This document shows, piece after piece, positions 21,096 through 32,323 of a stretch of DNA of 64,000 bases. The position numbers were made by a program, and so were the translations under genes. Each line of letters begins with the position of its first letter. Positions within the stretch are counted from its first letter, which is position 1. The DNA comes from an uncultured Acidimicrobiia bacterium (GTDB lineage Bacteria > Acidobacteriota > Terriglobia > Versatilivoradales > Versatilivoraceae), in assembly GCA_963786955.1 (NCBI GenBank), contig CAWBAT010000004.1:160001-224000 (forward strand), in the 5' to 3' direction. The notes beneath the pieces were generated by a model. It did no database searches, was not told the origin of the DNA, and saw only the letters and a list, made by a program, of their open reading frames with translations.

Positions 21096-21332
21096 TAGAT
21101 TCTAACTCATCCTCTCGAGCCGCTGACACAAGTTCTCAAAGACTTGAACTCAACTTATTGAAGCTATCTTATCTCAGGTCACTTCTTTTTCAAACTTTTC
21201 GCTGGAGGATCTCCAGAAAGAGTTACATGATTGAATTTGATCTTCGAACAGCGCTCTTTGCGCTTCTCTCAGGACGGTTCGACTCCTTAAAAGGATGATA
21301 TCTGTTTGAAGAAAAAGTTTTCTTCAAAACAC

Positions 21333-21361
21333 TTGCTCATTTGGGAAGAAATCACTAAGAT
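21333..21361 (+). promoter_or_regulatory. Putative sigma70 promoter
   Basis: TTGCTC-N17-TAAGAT. Confidence 0.5.
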
Positions 21362-21562
21362 AAATTTCACTGCTTATCAACAGCCTTCCGGGTTGTTTTT
21401 CTGTGTTCGAAGTGGAGCATTCACGTGATTCGCTCCCTCCGGTTTCGAGCTTTTCTAAGGCCTGGCCCTGGTTAGCCCTGGGAGGTTCGTCGATTCAGCG
21501 TCATCTGAGTGACTTGTTCCCGTTGAAATCAGTTCGATTGGATTCGAGGAGGATCTACTAAT

Positions 21563-21967
21563 TTGAAATTTACACTTAGGGTTGTGGGAGATGTTTGTGT
21601 CCTAAAGCTCGATGGGAAATTTATGGCTGGAGGAGATAGTTTCTTCCTTCGAGAAAAATTAAAGAACGTGATCAGTATGGGAATTGAGAATGTCCTGATC
21701 GATATGGATAGTGTTCCCTATATTGACAGCACGGGAGTCGGGTTTCTCGTCAGCACGCACACTTCAATGACCAATGATGGTGGACAACTCAAGCTGCTGA
21801 AGGTGAAACCCAAAATATTGGAAGTGTTCAAGATCATGAATTTGCTCTCCGTCTTCGAGATCTTCGATGACGAAGAGCCGGCCATGAAGAGCTTTGAATC
21901 AAAAAAAGCAGTTGAGCCATCGCCCAAGAAGAAAAGGGCGACGAAGGCAGTCAAAGAAGCTGACTAG
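21563..21967 (+). CDS. STAS domain anti-sigma factor antagonist
   Basis: VPYIDSTGVG phospho-Ser motif; GAGGAGG RBS, TTG start. Confidence 0.9.
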   Translation: MKFTLRVVGDVCVLKLDGKFMAGGDSFFLREKLKNVISMGIENVLIDMDSVPYIDSTGVGFLVSTHTSMTNDGGQLKLLKVKPKILEVFKIMNLLSVFEIFDDEEPAMKSFESKKAVEPSPKKKRATKAVKEAD

Positions 21968-22087
21968 CCTGGTCAATCTGCTAGGGGGTTTTCTAAAACC
22001 TTCTGCTGTTGCCGATTTCCAGGACTTCCCGCCTGATTGAAATCCTAGCTTGGACTCTTACCCATTCATACGGCTCCAGTTCCAGAG

Positions 22088-23581
22088 TTGATTATGCTTT
22101 CCTCTATTCTGTGTGCAGTATTCCTTAGGCGGCATATTCGTGCTGCTCGTCCGTTGAAAAGGGAAAGAGCCCGGTGGCTAGCCCTGTGTCTTTATTGCTG
22201 GGCATGGGCAAAGAAACTCTGGACAGTGGCGGCACTGGCTTCCCCACTCTTCGCGCAAAGCATGGCGCCTCAATCCAAACCCATCCTGATCCAACCGGAA
22301 GTTCAATTTCAAAGATTCGATGGATTTGGAATCACGCTCGGAAATGGAGCGGCCCAAGAGATCATGGGGCTTCCCGAAAAGGAGAGAGCCCGACTGATGG
22401 ACCTACTCTTCGGATCTCAGGGGACGCATTTCAACTTGGTCCGAAATGAAATCACCTGGGCTGCGAAGCGCCTTCCCATGACCCACCCGTTGTACCTTCG
22501 CGGTCTGCAGTTTTCTCTTGTCGATGAAAAGAGTGAAACCCATCAATTCAACTTGCTCCGGGAAGCACAAAAGCGGAATGAAGTAATTCCTTATGGTTGT
22601 AACTGGAGTCCCCCCCCGCTCTGGAAGACGAATCTTTCCGAAAAAGATGGGGGAGGATTAATGACCCAGCATTACGAAGATTTTGCCGCTTACTTAGGAG
22701 CTTACATTGATTCTTACAAAAAGCTGCGGTTTCTCGAAATTCCTTTCCTGAGCTTTCAAAATAGTCCTGAAAGCTCAGGGCCGTTTCAAAGCTGCCTCTG
22801 GAAAGCCGATCAAACAACAGAGTTCCTCAAGGTGCTGGCAAAACAATTCAAAGGGCAAGGAATCCGCACTCGATTTCTCCTGCCGGAATTAGATTGGAGT
22901 TCGCTGGCCGAGTTTCTCAAACCCATCATGGCAGATCCGGAAGCACGGCAATGGGTATCCGGAATCTCGGCTCACTCTTATGCAGGAGATAACAATGACC
23001 GGTCGAAAATTAGAGAAATTTCGAAAAGGTTTAATCTGAAGTTGTGGCAGACAGAATATGCCCTACCGTCCGCAGAAGATTCGGCGGGGCTGGATGGCGG
23101 GTTGCGTCTGGCTGAACAGGTCATGAACGACCTGCTCTATGCAGAATGCCAAGCATGGTTTTACTGGGTTCCCTTGGCCTCTCCCCCATGGAAAGGTCGC
23201 ACCGCCCTTCTAGATAAAGAATCCAATTCGTTCAAGCTGACAAAGCGATTCTGGTGCCTGGCTCAATTCAGCCGTTTTATCTCAAACAATTCAGTCCGGA
23301 TTATGGCTAGCGGCGGGACCTCTCCAGTCATTGCATTCCGAAACTCCGGCTACAATGCCATTACTCTCGTCCTCTTGAATCGCTCGGAAGAGCCTGTTCA
23401 TGAAACCATCCAGACACGAGACTGGAACCTCGAGCGTACGGCGGCTTATCGCACTGCTCAAGAAGAAGACTGTGCTGTCATCCCCTTACCAGGAGAGAGC
23501 GGCCCAAAATTGTCATTGACTCTCGCCCCTCGAAGTATCACCACCTTCACAGCCCAGATTCGCCGTCTTTCCTCACGCTAG
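22088..23581 (+). CDS. GH30-like glycoside hydrolase (start uncertain; acid/base Glu replaced)
   Basis: FQRFDGFG, WSPPPLWKTN, QNSP in place of QNEP, HSY, LWQTE, AQFSRFI. Confidence 0.75.
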   Translation: MIMLSSILCAVFLRRHIRAARPLKRERARWLALCLYCWAWAKKLWTVAALASPLFAQSMAPQSKPILIQPEVQFQRFDGFGITLGNGAAQEIMGLPEKERARLMDLLFGSQGTHFNLVRNEITWAAKRLPMTHPLYLRGLQFSLVDEKSETHQFNLLREAQKRNEVIPYGCNWSPPPLWKTNLSEKDGGGLMTQHYEDFAAYLGAYIDSYKKLRFLEIPFLSFQNSPESSGPFQSCLWKADQTTEFLKVLAKQFKGQGIRTRFLLPELDWSSLAEFLKPIMADPEARQWVSGISAHSYAGDNNDRSKIREISKRFNLKLWQTEYALPSAEDSAGLDGGLRLAEQVMNDLLYAECQAWFYWVPLASPPWKGRTALLDKESNSFKLTKRFWCLAQFSRFISNNSVRIMASGGTSPVIAFRNSGYNAITLVLLNRSEEPVHETIQTRDWNLERTAAYRTAQEEDCAVIPLPGESGPKLSLTLAPRSITTFTAQIRRLSSR

Positions 23582-23674
23582 TATTCAATTTGTTTGGGAT
23601 TGGAATGGATCTTGCTTTTACCAACTCCTGAAAACCAATTCCAAAGGAAATGATTGGAAGAGGAGGACTTGCTT

Positions 23675-24337
23675 ATGCGTCGGAATTACCAGTTCATCTT
23701 TTTGAGTTGCATTCTCGTAATTGGGGTCGCCTGCAGTGGCCCTGGGGTGACCAGTTCAGATTCAACAGGTATTGAGGGGCCGGCCCTCGGCAATGTCAAG
23801 AAAGACATGGACGCCAAAAAAAGCGCTGAAACGCTCGCTCCAGGAACAGTTATTCAAGCTTCATTGCAACATTCTTTAACGACAGAGCGCAATACGCCTG
23901 GAGACCCGATCAGCCTTACCGTAATCCACGATGTCAAGTTGAATGACAAAGTGTTAATTCCTAGCGGGAGCACTGTGAAAGGTATCGTCGCGGAATCGAT
24001 GAGGTCGGGACGAGTCAAAGGCGTCGCCTACATGGCCCTGCGATTTATTGAAATCAACCTTCCCAACGGTCAGAGTTATTCTATCCAGGCCTCCAATGTT
24101 TCACGGCTAGCCGAGACGACCCATAAACGAGATGCTTTGATGATTGGTGGCGGCGCTGGAGCGGGAACATTAATTGGAGCCATCGCAGGCGGAGGCAAGG
24201 GAGCGGCCATTGGAGCCGCAGCAGGAGGCGCCGCGGGGACAGGGGCAGTGCTGGCAACGCGCGGAAAAGAAACCGGGTTCCCCTCCGGATCCACCATTCC
24301 GATCAAATTGACCCAACCACTAAAAATTGCGACTTAG
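23675..24337 (+). CDS. Lipoprotein with a TrbI-like beta domain and glycine zipper
   Basis: Lipobox GVAC; IPSGSTVKG; GGGAGAGTLIGAIAGGGKGAAIGA. Confidence 0.75.
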   Translation: MRRNYQFIFLSCILVIGVACSGPGVTSSDSTGIEGPALGNVKKDMDAKKSAETLAPGTVIQASLQHSLTTERNTPGDPISLTVIHDVKLNDKVLIPSGSTVKGIVAESMRSGRVKGVAYMALRFIEINLPNGQSYSIQASNVSRLAETTHKRDALMIGGGAGAGTLIGAIAGGGKGAAIGAAAGGAAGTGAVLATRGKETGFPSGSTIPIKLTQPLKIAT

Positions 24338-24430
24338 GAATCCAATGGGATGACATAGGCGCTTAAATGATTTCGGGGAGGGAACCACCAAGGGAGGGCT
24401 TACTCAGTTTCGAGCTGCCCCTAAAGAGAG

Positions 24431-24497
24431 GTGGAGCGGGCGCTCCTGCGCACGCTGAACGCATGCGGGGGAACAGCGGTCCCACGCGCGCATTCCA
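24431..24497. repeat. GGTGGAGCGGGCGCTCC-type REP element (relatives at about 58380-58438 and 59553-59604)
   Basis: Shared GGTGGAGCGGGCGC...GCGCACGCT core in three places. Confidence 0.7.
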
Positions 24498-24552
24498 GCC
24501 AAAGAAGTTTAGACCGTTGAAAATGTGTTTAGGTGTTTCTGAAACGCAGTAC

Positions 24553-24945
24553 TCAGTTATGGCTGGTGAAATCAAACTTCAGCTCATACACGCGACCGGG
24601 CAAATCGATAGGAACAGTGTAGTTTACATGGATCAAAATCTTGTCTGACATTCTCTCTATTTTGATATCTTGTTTCTCTAAATGGATCCCCATTTCTTTT
24701 GCCTTGTGGATCACTAAATCCTGAGTATCGAGCGCTGCTCCTTTTTTCGACGACCCCAGTCCGGAAACTTCATAGACTGCCAATTCGTCTAAGGCATCTT
24801 TCAACTCATAATGGCTTACATATGGGGGAATGAATTTGTACCCAAGATAGCCTAAAGCCCCCAGCAGGAGAAAAGAGAAGAGACACCCCAGGTTCCCCCG
24901 CCCCTGCTGGTTTTTGAGGTTTCTCCGGTTAGACGCGGATTTCAT
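24553..24945 (-). CDS. Small single-TM protein, DUF4845-like
   Basis: QQGRGNLG plus TM helix; YTVPIDLPG; overlaps the proS stop. Confidence 0.65.
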   Translation of the reverse strand: MKSASNRRNLKNQQGRGNLGCLFSFLLLGALGYLGYKFIPPYVSHYELKDALDELAVYEVSGLGSSKKGAALDTQDLVIHKAKEMGIHLEKQDIKIERMSDKILIHVNYTVPIDLPGRVYELKFDFTSHN

Positions 24946-26648
24946 GGCGTTCCATTCTCCGCCAACATTTCTTTTGCTTTGGCCTCGAGTAAAGAGACCT
25001 CAATCTCATCGGTTTTCCTGGAGGCACGATGGATCCATTCGATCTTGCCCTCAGCAAACTTCTTACTACCGAAGTTGATCCGGTAAGGGATGCCGATCAG
25101 GTCAGCATCCTTGAATTTGACTCCCGGCCTTTCCTCGCGATCATCCAGCAAGACATCTATACCCAAGGAATTCAACAACGAATAAGATTTCAGAGCTGCT
25201 TCCACTAAGGATGAATCTTTCATATTCAGCACCGAGATCACACAATGGAAGGGTGCGATCGAAAAAGGCCACGCGATCCCATCGGAATCATGACGGATCT
25301 CAACTGCCGCGGCCATAATTCTCTCGAGCCCGATGCCATAGCTTCCCATCACAATGGGAACAGCCTTGCCGTCTGCCTTCAAGACATGAGCGCCCATGCT
25401 TTCGGAGTACTTTGTGCCTAACTTAAAAATGTGCCCAACTTCGAGAGCCTTGCTCACCGCCAACGAGTTGCCGCATTGGACACAGGGGTCTCCGGCCTGA
25501 ACAAGTCGAAGGTCGGCATACTCAGCCACGTAGTCTCTGCCAGGCTCTACCCCGGTGAGATGAAAGTCATCCCGGTTGGCCCCGCAAGTTAAGTTCATTT
25601 GATCTCGCAAAGCGAGGTCCGAGAGGATTCTCAGTTTCGTTACCCCGACAGGCCCTAGCGATCCAGCTCCCGCTCCCATCACTTCCTCAATTTCCTCCGG
25701 ACGCGCCGGGCGAACTTCAACCCCCAAGAAAGACTGCAGTTTCATTTCATTCAACTGGTGGTCCCCTCGAACCAAAGAGAGCACAGGTTTCCCCGCTGCC
25801 ACATAGACCAGTGTTTTGATTTGCTGCGAGGGTTTGAGCTGAAGAAAGCGGGCAACCTCTTCAATTGTTTTCTGACCGGGAGTCGATACCAGCTCAGGGC
25901 GTTCCGGGCCTTTGGTTTCATTCGTGGCCTCCGGTCGCGATGTTGCTTTCTCCATGTTGGCCGCGTAACCGCAGCTGCAATACACAATCTGATCCTCACC
26001 GGCGTCGGTAACCACCATGAATTCGTGGGATTGCCGGCCACCCATCATTCCACTATCTGCTTCAACGACACGATAGCGAAGCCCGCAGCGATCGTAAATC
26101 CGGCAATAGGCCTCATAATGTTTTTGGTAACTGATATCTAAACCTTCCCAATCCATATCAAATGAATAGGAATCCTTCATGGTAAACTGCCGGACTCGAA
26201 GCAAACCGGACTTGGGCCGGGGTTCGTCCCGAAACTTGGTTTGAATTTGATACCAAATCTGAGGAAGTTGCCGGTAGGAGCGCAGCTCATCGCGGGCAAT
26301 GGCGGTGAAGACTTCTTCATGGGTCATCCCCAAACAAAGGTCTCGGGTTGCGCGGTCTTTGAGACGAAACATATTCTGTCCCATGGCTTCCCAACGACCA
26401 CTCTCTTGCCAGAGTTCCGCTGGCTGCAAGGCCGGCAAATAAAACTCTTGGGCTCCCATCCCATCGAGTTCTTCGCGGACAATCTTGGCGATCTTATTGA
26501 GAACGCGCTGAGCCAGCGGCAAATAGGAATAAATCCCCGCAGCTAACTGGCGAATGTACCCGCCTCTCAACAAAAGCACATGACTCGGAACCTGGGCATC
26601 TGCCGGCGCTTCCCGCAACGTCGGGATGAACATGTGGCTCCAGCGCAT
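24942..26648 (-). CDS. proS: Proline--tRNA ligase
   Basis: [50 protein letters not shown]. Confidence 0.97.
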   Translation of the reverse strand: MRWSHMFIPTLREAPADAQVPSHVLLLRGGYIRQLAAGIYSYLPLAQRVLNKIAKIVREELDGMGAQEFYLPALQPAELWQESGRWEAMGQNMFRLKDRATRDLCLGMTHEEVFTAIARDELRSYRQLPQIWYQIQTKFRDEPRPKSGLLRVRQFTMKDSYSFDMDWEGLDISYQKHYEAYCRIYDRCGLRYRVVEADSGMMGGRQSHEFMVVTDAGEDQIVYCSCGYAANMEKATSRPEATNETKGPERPELVSTPGQKTIEEVARFLQLKPSQQIKTLVYVAAGKPVLSLVRGDHQLNEMKLQSFLGVEVRPARPEEIEEVMGAGAGSLGPVGVTKLRILSDLALRDQMNLTCGANRDDFHLTGVEPGRDYVAEYADLRLVQAGDPCVQCGNSLAVSKALEVGHIFKLGTKYSESMGAHVLKADGKAVPIVMGSYGIGLERIMAAAVEIRHDSDGIAWPFSIAPFHCVISVLNMKDSSLVEAALKSYSLLNSLGIDVLLDDREERPGVKFKDADLIGIPYRINFGSKKFAEGKIEWIHRASRKTDEIEVSLLEAKAKEMLAENGTP

Positions 26649-26760
26649 GAAGACTCCTTCAACCTTAATGATGGCCTCGATACCGCATTCGAAAGGAAGC
26701 CTGCAACGGGTCCACTGTCACAGAATCTTCCCGGGATCGAGGAAGCGTTAGCGAAAGGCT

Positions 26761-26789
26761 AAAGTAGTGTATCTTCCTCATGACGTCAA
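26761..26789 (-). promoter_or_regulatory. Putative proS promoter
   Basis: TTGACG-N17-TACTTT on the minus strand. Confidence 0.5.
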
Positions 26790-26867
26790 GTGAATTGTAG
26801 ATTTTAGAGTCCTCTGAAATCCAGTCCAGATGCGGATATCCAGACAAGCCCTTTCTTTGGAATTGAA

Positions 26868-26896
26868 TTGAATCTCGCGAGGATATTCGCTAGAAT
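26868..26896 (+). promoter_or_regulatory. Putative glyA promoter
   Basis: TTGAAT-N17-TAGAAT. Confidence 0.55.
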
Positions 26897-27017
26897 GCCG
26901 TTGCTTTAATTGCTGCGAACGCTCGAAATACTGTTCACCCGTCTCATTTAAGAATGATCATTTTGAAATCTGGGTTCAGCTCGAAGTGATCGATTTGCAT
27001 CCATAAGGTGAAGAGAA

Positions 27018-28289
27018 ATGCCTACAAATGTTGATGTACGCGCGGGAAACACCCTTCAATCGGTGGATCCCGAAGTCTATGCCGCTGTTTCGTCTGAGAC
27101 CAGACGCCAAGCTTTCCATCTCGAAATGATTGCTTCAGAGAACTTCGTCAGTGAGGCTGTGCTCGAGGCGATGGGCAGCGTCTTCACCAATAAGTACGCG
27201 GAAGGCTATCCCGGAAAGCGCTATTACGGAGGGTGCGAATTCACCGATGTGGTCGAGACTTTGGCTATTGAGCGCGTCAAACAACTCTTCGGGGCAGACC
27301 ATGCCAACGTTCAGCCCCATTCCGGAACCCAGGCCAATATGGCAGTCTATATGACCGTTCTCTCCCCTGGAGATACGATCCTGGGGATGAATCTCTCCCA
27401 TGGAGGCCATTTGACTCATGGCCATCCCTTGAACTTTTCGGGGAAGATGTATCGAGTCGTTCCTTACGGGGTTCACAAAGAAACGGAGACCATCGACTAT
27501 GATGAGTTGGGAAAACTTGCGCACGAACACAGACCGAAGTTAATTGTGGTCGGTGCCAGTGCCTATCCGCGAATCATTGACTTCGAACGCATTGCTAAAA
27601 TCGCAGCTTCTGCGGGTTCCCTGGTGATGGCAGATATCGCTCACATCGCGGGTCTTGTGGCCGTGGGGGAACATCCGAGCCCGGTTCCACACTGTGATTT
27701 AGTGAGCAGCACAACGCACAAAACACTTCGAGGACCTCGAGGAGGAATGATTCTCTGTAAAGAGAAATTCGCGAAAGACATCGATAAGATGGTTTTCCCC
27801 GGCACTCAGGGAGGCCCTCTCGTCCACATCATCGCTGCCAAGGCCGTTTGTTTCCACGAAGCACTCCAACCAGAATATAAGTCCTACATTCAGCAGGTCG
27901 TCAAGAACGCCAAAGTTTTGGCCTCGACCATTCAGGACCGGGGTTACCGCATCGTTTCGGGAGGCACGGACAATCACTTGATGCTCGTAGATGTTTTCTC
28001 AAAAGGAATTACAGGGAAGCAGGCCGAAAAGGCTCTTGAGAATGCCGGTATTACAGTCAATAAGAATACGATCCCATACGATACAAATTCTCCTATGGTC
28101 ACAAGCGGGGTTCGCTTAGGAACTCCCGCCTTGACGACTCGTGGAATGAAAGAAGAAGATATGAAACGGGTCGGTGCATTCATTTGCGATGTCCTGGATG
28201 ATATCTCCAATGAACTGACCCAGACCCAAACGAAAGCTAAAGTCAGAGAGTTGACCCGGAGGTTCCCACTTTACCCTTCGAGGACTTAA
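27018..28289 (+). CDS. glyA: Serine hydroxymethyltransferase
   Basis: [40 protein letters not shown]. Confidence 0.98.
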   Translation: MPTNVDVRAGNTLQSVDPEVYAAVSSETRRQAFHLEMIASENFVSEAVLEAMGSVFTNKYAEGYPGKRYYGGCEFTDVVETLAIERVKQLFGADHANVQPHSGTQANMAVYMTVLSPGDTILGMNLSHGGHLTHGHPLNFSGKMYRVVPYGVHKETETIDYDELGKLAHEHRPKLIVVGASAYPRIIDFERIAKIAASAGSLVMADIAHIAGLVAVGEHPSPVPHCDLVSSTTHKTLRGPRGGMILCKEKFAKDIDKMVFPGTQGGPLVHIIAAKAVCFHEALQPEYKSYIQQVVKNAKVLASTIQDRGYRIVSGGTDNHLMLVDVFSKGITGKQAEKALENAGITVNKNTIPYDTNSPMVTSGVRLGTPALTTRGMKEEDMKRVGAFICDVLDDISNELTQTQTKAKVRELTRRFPLYPSRT

Positions 28290-28732
28290 TGTCGCGACCA
28301 ATGAGGCATAAGTTTTCCGACTTTCGGTCGAATTGACTTGGCAGCCTCGAAAGTCACCATTCCCGGCCTAGATTTTCCGTTTGGATTCCTCATTTTCATA
28401 AGACACACGCAATTAAGAACTTCTTGGGAAATGCATCTCTCAGAAAGGGCTGTTCAATTTTGTTCTTTCATAAATGGTTGCAATGGGCACGACATACGAT
28501 CTGTCCAATTTTCAGTGGATTACGATCAAAGTAAACCTTTTGGGCTTAAAATGGATCTATTAATTTGGAGCCCAAAGTGCTTGGTGTAAGGTGTGTGTTC
28601 TAGTTTGAGGGATGGGGAAAGGCAGCCCGACCAGTGCTGTAAGACAACGCAATCGATAACTTGCTAAAATAGGGTCGGGACAACCTCAGATGAGATAACA
28701 TCAAAAGGCTAAATTAAGAAGGGGAGTCGAAA

Positions 28733-29035
28733 ATGACACTAAAATCCTGGCGAAATCTCGGTAAGGCTTCACAACATATTGTCAAGCGCTCGTTGGATAA
28801 TCGGATTGTTTTCTGCGCAAATTGTGAGGCTAATCGAATACTTGCGGTTAACTCATCAGGGACTTTGACCTGTTCAAGTTGTGGGTCTGAAAGCTGGATG
28901 TATTTATCTGCACCATTGACTGCCAATTTCAGAGAATACGATGAGAAGAAGGCTCAAGAAGAAATCGCCGTAAATCGATACCTCCACAAGTTGGAGCACG
29001 AAAACTTTTTCACCCCAGACGGGGCACTGGTTTGA
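28733..29035 (+). CDS. Small zinc-ribbon hypothetical protein
   Basis: CANC-x14-CSSCGS; AGGGGAG RBS. Confidence 0.6.
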   Translation: MTLKSWRNLGKASQHIVKRSLDNRIVFCANCEANRILAVNSSGTLTCSSCGSESWMYLSAPLTANFREYDEKKAQEEIAVNRYLHKLEHENFFTPDGALV

Positions 29036-29153
29036 TTTGATGCACACCGATGCCAGTTCTTAAAAATTCTCTCCGCTGAAGTTCCTCCTCTCCTCCTTGT
29101 CAAGTGGGGGAGACGAAGACCGCAAGATTCTTCGTTTCCCCCGTTTTTTTGTC

Positions 29154-29696
29154 TCACTCTTCGTCTTTCGTTTTCCAATACCGAGAAAACTCTTTCAAGA
29201 AACAGAGGGATTCTAAACTGCGCATCCGCTCCAGGAAGACCTTCCCGATCAGGTGGTCGTATTCATGCTGGATCACACGCCCTTGCAGCCCTTGTGCTTT
29301 AAATTCCACGACCTTGCCGCTCTCGTCATAAGCTTGGACTTTTATTTGTTTGTAGCGCGGTACCAACCCTCTTAAGTCGGGAATGCTCAGACACCCTTCC
29401 CAGTCTTCATCTAATTTTTCAGAGCTGATGGTCAAGGTGGGATTAATCAAAACCATTAAGGGTGTGGGGCTAAGCTTTGTTGTTTCAGGGTATTCCAGAG
29501 CATCGATGACCGCAATTTGAAGCGATTCATGCACTTGGGGGGCAGCAAGACCCACACCTTCGTACTCCCTCATGGTTTCGATCATGTCTTCAATCAATCC
29601 CTGAATTTGACTCCCAGGAATTCCGCTGACAGGGACGGGCTTTGCGACTTCTCTGAGGACTGGATGGCCCAGCCTGGCGACCTTAAGAAGGGACAT
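29154..29696 (-). CDS. def: Peptide deformylase
   Basis: GVGLAAPQ, EGCLS, QHEYDHL. Confidence 0.97.
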   Translation of the reverse strand: MSLLKVARLGHPVLREVAKPVPVSGIPGSQIQGLIEDMIETMREYEGVGLAAPQVHESLQIAVIDALEYPETTKLSPTPLMVLINPTLTISSEKLDEDWEGCLSIPDLRGLVPRYKQIKVQAYDESGKVVEFKAQGLQGRVIQHEYDHLIGKVFLERMRSLESLCFLKEFSRYWKTKDEE

Positions 29697-29884
29697 GGGC
29701 TTCGCTCCGTTACAATAAGAATCCTTCTATATAGATAGATGCAATTGTCAATCGATCCGACAAAATGACTCCTGCCTGATAAATTGTAGCAATTTTGTCG
29801 CTTGGAGAAATCAGGAATTCTTATACGATTTGACCTATGGGGTAATTTCGACCCAATTTCACTAGAGACTCTGACCAAAACGAT

Positions 29885-30577
29885 ATGAGACCTTTACTTG
29901 TGGGGCATCGCGGCGCGTCGGCATATGCTTTGGAAAACACCCTGGAGGCTTTTCGGCAGGCAGTGGATATGGGCGCCGATATGGTCGAGTTGGATGTCCG
30001 TGAATCTCTCAACCATGAGTTTATTGTGATCCACGACAAGGATCTGAGAAGAATTTCCGGCAAAAATGTTATCGTTCATAAAACGCACTCTCGGGATTTG
30101 TGTTCCACCCAACTCCACAACAAGGAAAGGCTCCTGCGTTTGCCGGAAGTTTTTGATCTGTTACCTACCGCCCTCGGCATCATTGTAGAACTCAAAAGCA
30201 TTCGAAGTTATCAAAAAATGGGAGACTTTATCGCTGTGCGGGCAAAAGAGCGCCCCGTTATCCTTGCTTCTTTCGACCTTTCCCTGATCAAGAGGATTCA
30301 GGACAATTCGCCAAATCTTCCCATTGGGATCGTCTCCCATACACTGAACAACATTGCCAAAGCCAGCCTTATGGGAATACGCTTTGAAAATGTTTGTCTG
30401 GATTTTCAAGCCATCAATGCGAAAGCAATTAGGGAACTCAAGATTCAAAAAATAAAAACATTTGCCTGGACGGTTGACCGGGCAGAGGATATCCGGAGAA
30501 TGATTGAAGTGGATATCGACGGGATCATTTCTAACAAGCCTGATGCGGTTCGCCGGATATTGGACCAGGTCAAGTGA
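29885..30577 (+). CDS. Glycerophosphodiester phosphodiesterase
   Basis: GHRGA..ENT, VELDV, IHD, AWTVD, DGIISNKP. Confidence 0.92.
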   Translation: MRPLLVGHRGASAYALENTLEAFRQAVDMGADMVELDVRESLNHEFIVIHDKDLRRISGKNVIVHKTHSRDLCSTQLHNKERLLRLPEVFDLLPTALGIIVELKSIRSYQKMGDFIAVRAKERPVILASFDLSLIKRIQDNSPNLPIGIVSHTLNNIAKASLMGIRFENVCLDFQAINAKAIRELKIQKIKTFAWTVDRAEDIRRMIEVDIDGIISNKPDAVRRILDQVK

Positions 30578-30703
30578 AACGGCATTCTATACGAATGTGT
30601 ACCTGCGGCTGTACAATTCTCATTGTCATGAAAACGGATTTGTGTTACCTGTTGCCCCGATTCCATCATCATTTACAAAATCAATCATTGAAGGGAGTAG
30701 ATT

Positions 30704-32257
30704 ATGCAAGGTGTTACATCAGCGGGAGCGCTTCTGGCACTGCTCTGCCTATCATCTGGAATCGCTGCGGCGCAGTCACAACAGGGCGCACCCGAACCCA
30801 GCCTCATCAGCAAGTCTGTCACGGCTATTGGTTACACGGTCGGCGGTGGCTCGACCAAAGTTGATCTGAAAGGCACGAGCTTGATGCCTCGAGCCACTGG
30901 CGAAGCCAAGGTCGAAGCCAAGAAGGGGATCACCAACGTTGAGGTTGAGATCAAGGGTTTGGCGCAACCTTCGAAACTGGGCGCGGAGTTTTTGACTTAT
31001 GTACTGTGGGTGGTATCGACGGAGGGACGGACCAGCAATATTGGGGAGCTTCTGATCAACAACGACGGCGAATGCAAACTCCAAGCGACTACTCAGTTGC
31101 AGACCTTTTCTCTGATTGTCACCGCCGAGCCGTACTTTGCCGTGCGTCGACCCAGCGAAATGGTAGTCCTGGAGAACGACGTTCGCAAGGGCACCAAGGG
31201 GAAGATTTTCCCGGTCAACGACTACAAACTCATGCAGCGGGCCCAGTACCAGAAGTTGGGCAATCCGCTGGCGCTGACGCTGGATCTGAAGAATGTTCCA
31301 TTGGACATGTATGAAGCCCGTAACGCAGTGGACATCGCCAAATCGCGCGGGGCCGATAAGTATGCGCCGGAGATTTTCACCAAAGCAGAAGCTAGCCTGA
31401 AAATGGCAGAAAATGCGCTCGCCAGTAAGGCTAACAAGAAGGAGATCATCTCGACGGCGCGGCAGGCGGTGCAATTCTCGGAAGATGCTCGGGCGCTGGC
31501 AGTGCAACGGCAGGTTGAGGAGCGGATAGTCCAGGAGCGCGAGGCCGCGGCAGCGAAGGCCAAGGCAGCAGCAGAAGCCAAGGCCGCGGCGGAAGCGGCG
31601 GAAGCCAAGCGCAAGGCCGACCTGGAGGCGAAACGCCAGGCCGAGTTGGCCGCCGCCCGGGAGGCACAGATGAAAGCCGAGGCCGAGGTCGCGGCGATGA
31701 AAGCCAAAGCTGAAGCAGACGCTGCAGCAGCTAAAGCCAAGGCGGAGCAGGACGCGCTAATGACCAAGGAAGAAGCGGCCAAGGCGGCGGCGCGGAAAGC
31801 GGAAGCCGACAAAGAGGCCATGCGGGCCAGCCTCCTCGCACAATTTAACCGCATTCTTCCAACGCGAGATACTTCTCGTGGCTTGGTGGTCAACATGGGT
31901 GACGTGCTCTTTGACACGGGAAGGTATACGCTCCGTCAAGAGGCTCGAGAGGCGCTGGCGAAGCTATCAGGCATTGTGTTAGGGCATCCAGGCCTGAACC
32001 TCGAGATCGAAGGGCACACCGACAGCACGGGCAGCGATGAGCTCAACCAGAAACTCTCTGAGCAGCGCGCCGAGTCGGTGCGAATGTACCTGATCGAACA
32101 GCAGATTCCTCCTCAATCTCTGGTCGCCAGAGGCTTTGGAAAGACAATGCCGGTCGCCAGCAACCAAACCGCTGAAGGCAGGCAGAAAAACCGCCGAGTC
32201 GAAATCATTGTCTCCGGGGAAGTCATCGGGACCAAAATCGGCGAGTCGAGTCGTTAG
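30704..32257 (+). CDS. OmpA-like peptidoglycan-binding protein with an Ala/Lys-rich coiled linker
   Basis: Signal peptide; VLFDTG, IEGHTDSTG, NQKLSEQRA, NRRVEI. Confidence 0.9.
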   Translation: MQGVTSAGALLALLCLSSGIAAAQSQQGAPEPSLISKSVTAIGYTVGGGSTKVDLKGTSLMPRATGEAKVEAKKGITNVEVEIKGLAQPSKLGAEFLTYVLWVVSTEGRTSNIGELLINNDGECKLQATTQLQTFSLIVTAEPYFAVRRPSEMVVLENDVRKGTKGKIFPVNDYKLMQRAQYQKLGNPLALTLDLKNVPLDMYEARNAVDIAKSRGADKYAPEIFTKAEASLKMAENALASKANKKEIISTARQAVQFSEDARALAVQRQVEERIVQEREAAAAKAKAAAEAKAAAEAAEAKRKADLEAKRQAELAAAREAQMKAEAEVAAMKAKAEADAAAAKAKAEQDALMTKEEAAKAAARKAEADKEAMRASLLAQFNRILPTRDTSRGLVVNMGDVLFDTGRYTLRQEAREALAKLSGIVLGHPGLNLEIEGHTDSTGSDELNQKLSEQRAESVRMYLIEQQIPPQSLVARGFGKTMPVASNQTAEGRQKNRRVEIIVSGEVIGTKIGESSR

Positions 32258-32323
32258 GGCGAATATTGCAAATGTTGGTAGTGAGATAGAAGGCGTCCGG
32301 GTCGAAGGGGGATTCTGAAGTCT

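Noticed and set aside
31222-31917. 231-aa Ala/Ser-rich ORF and other long antisense ORFs
   Set aside because: Shadows of the OmpA gene and of GC-rich genes
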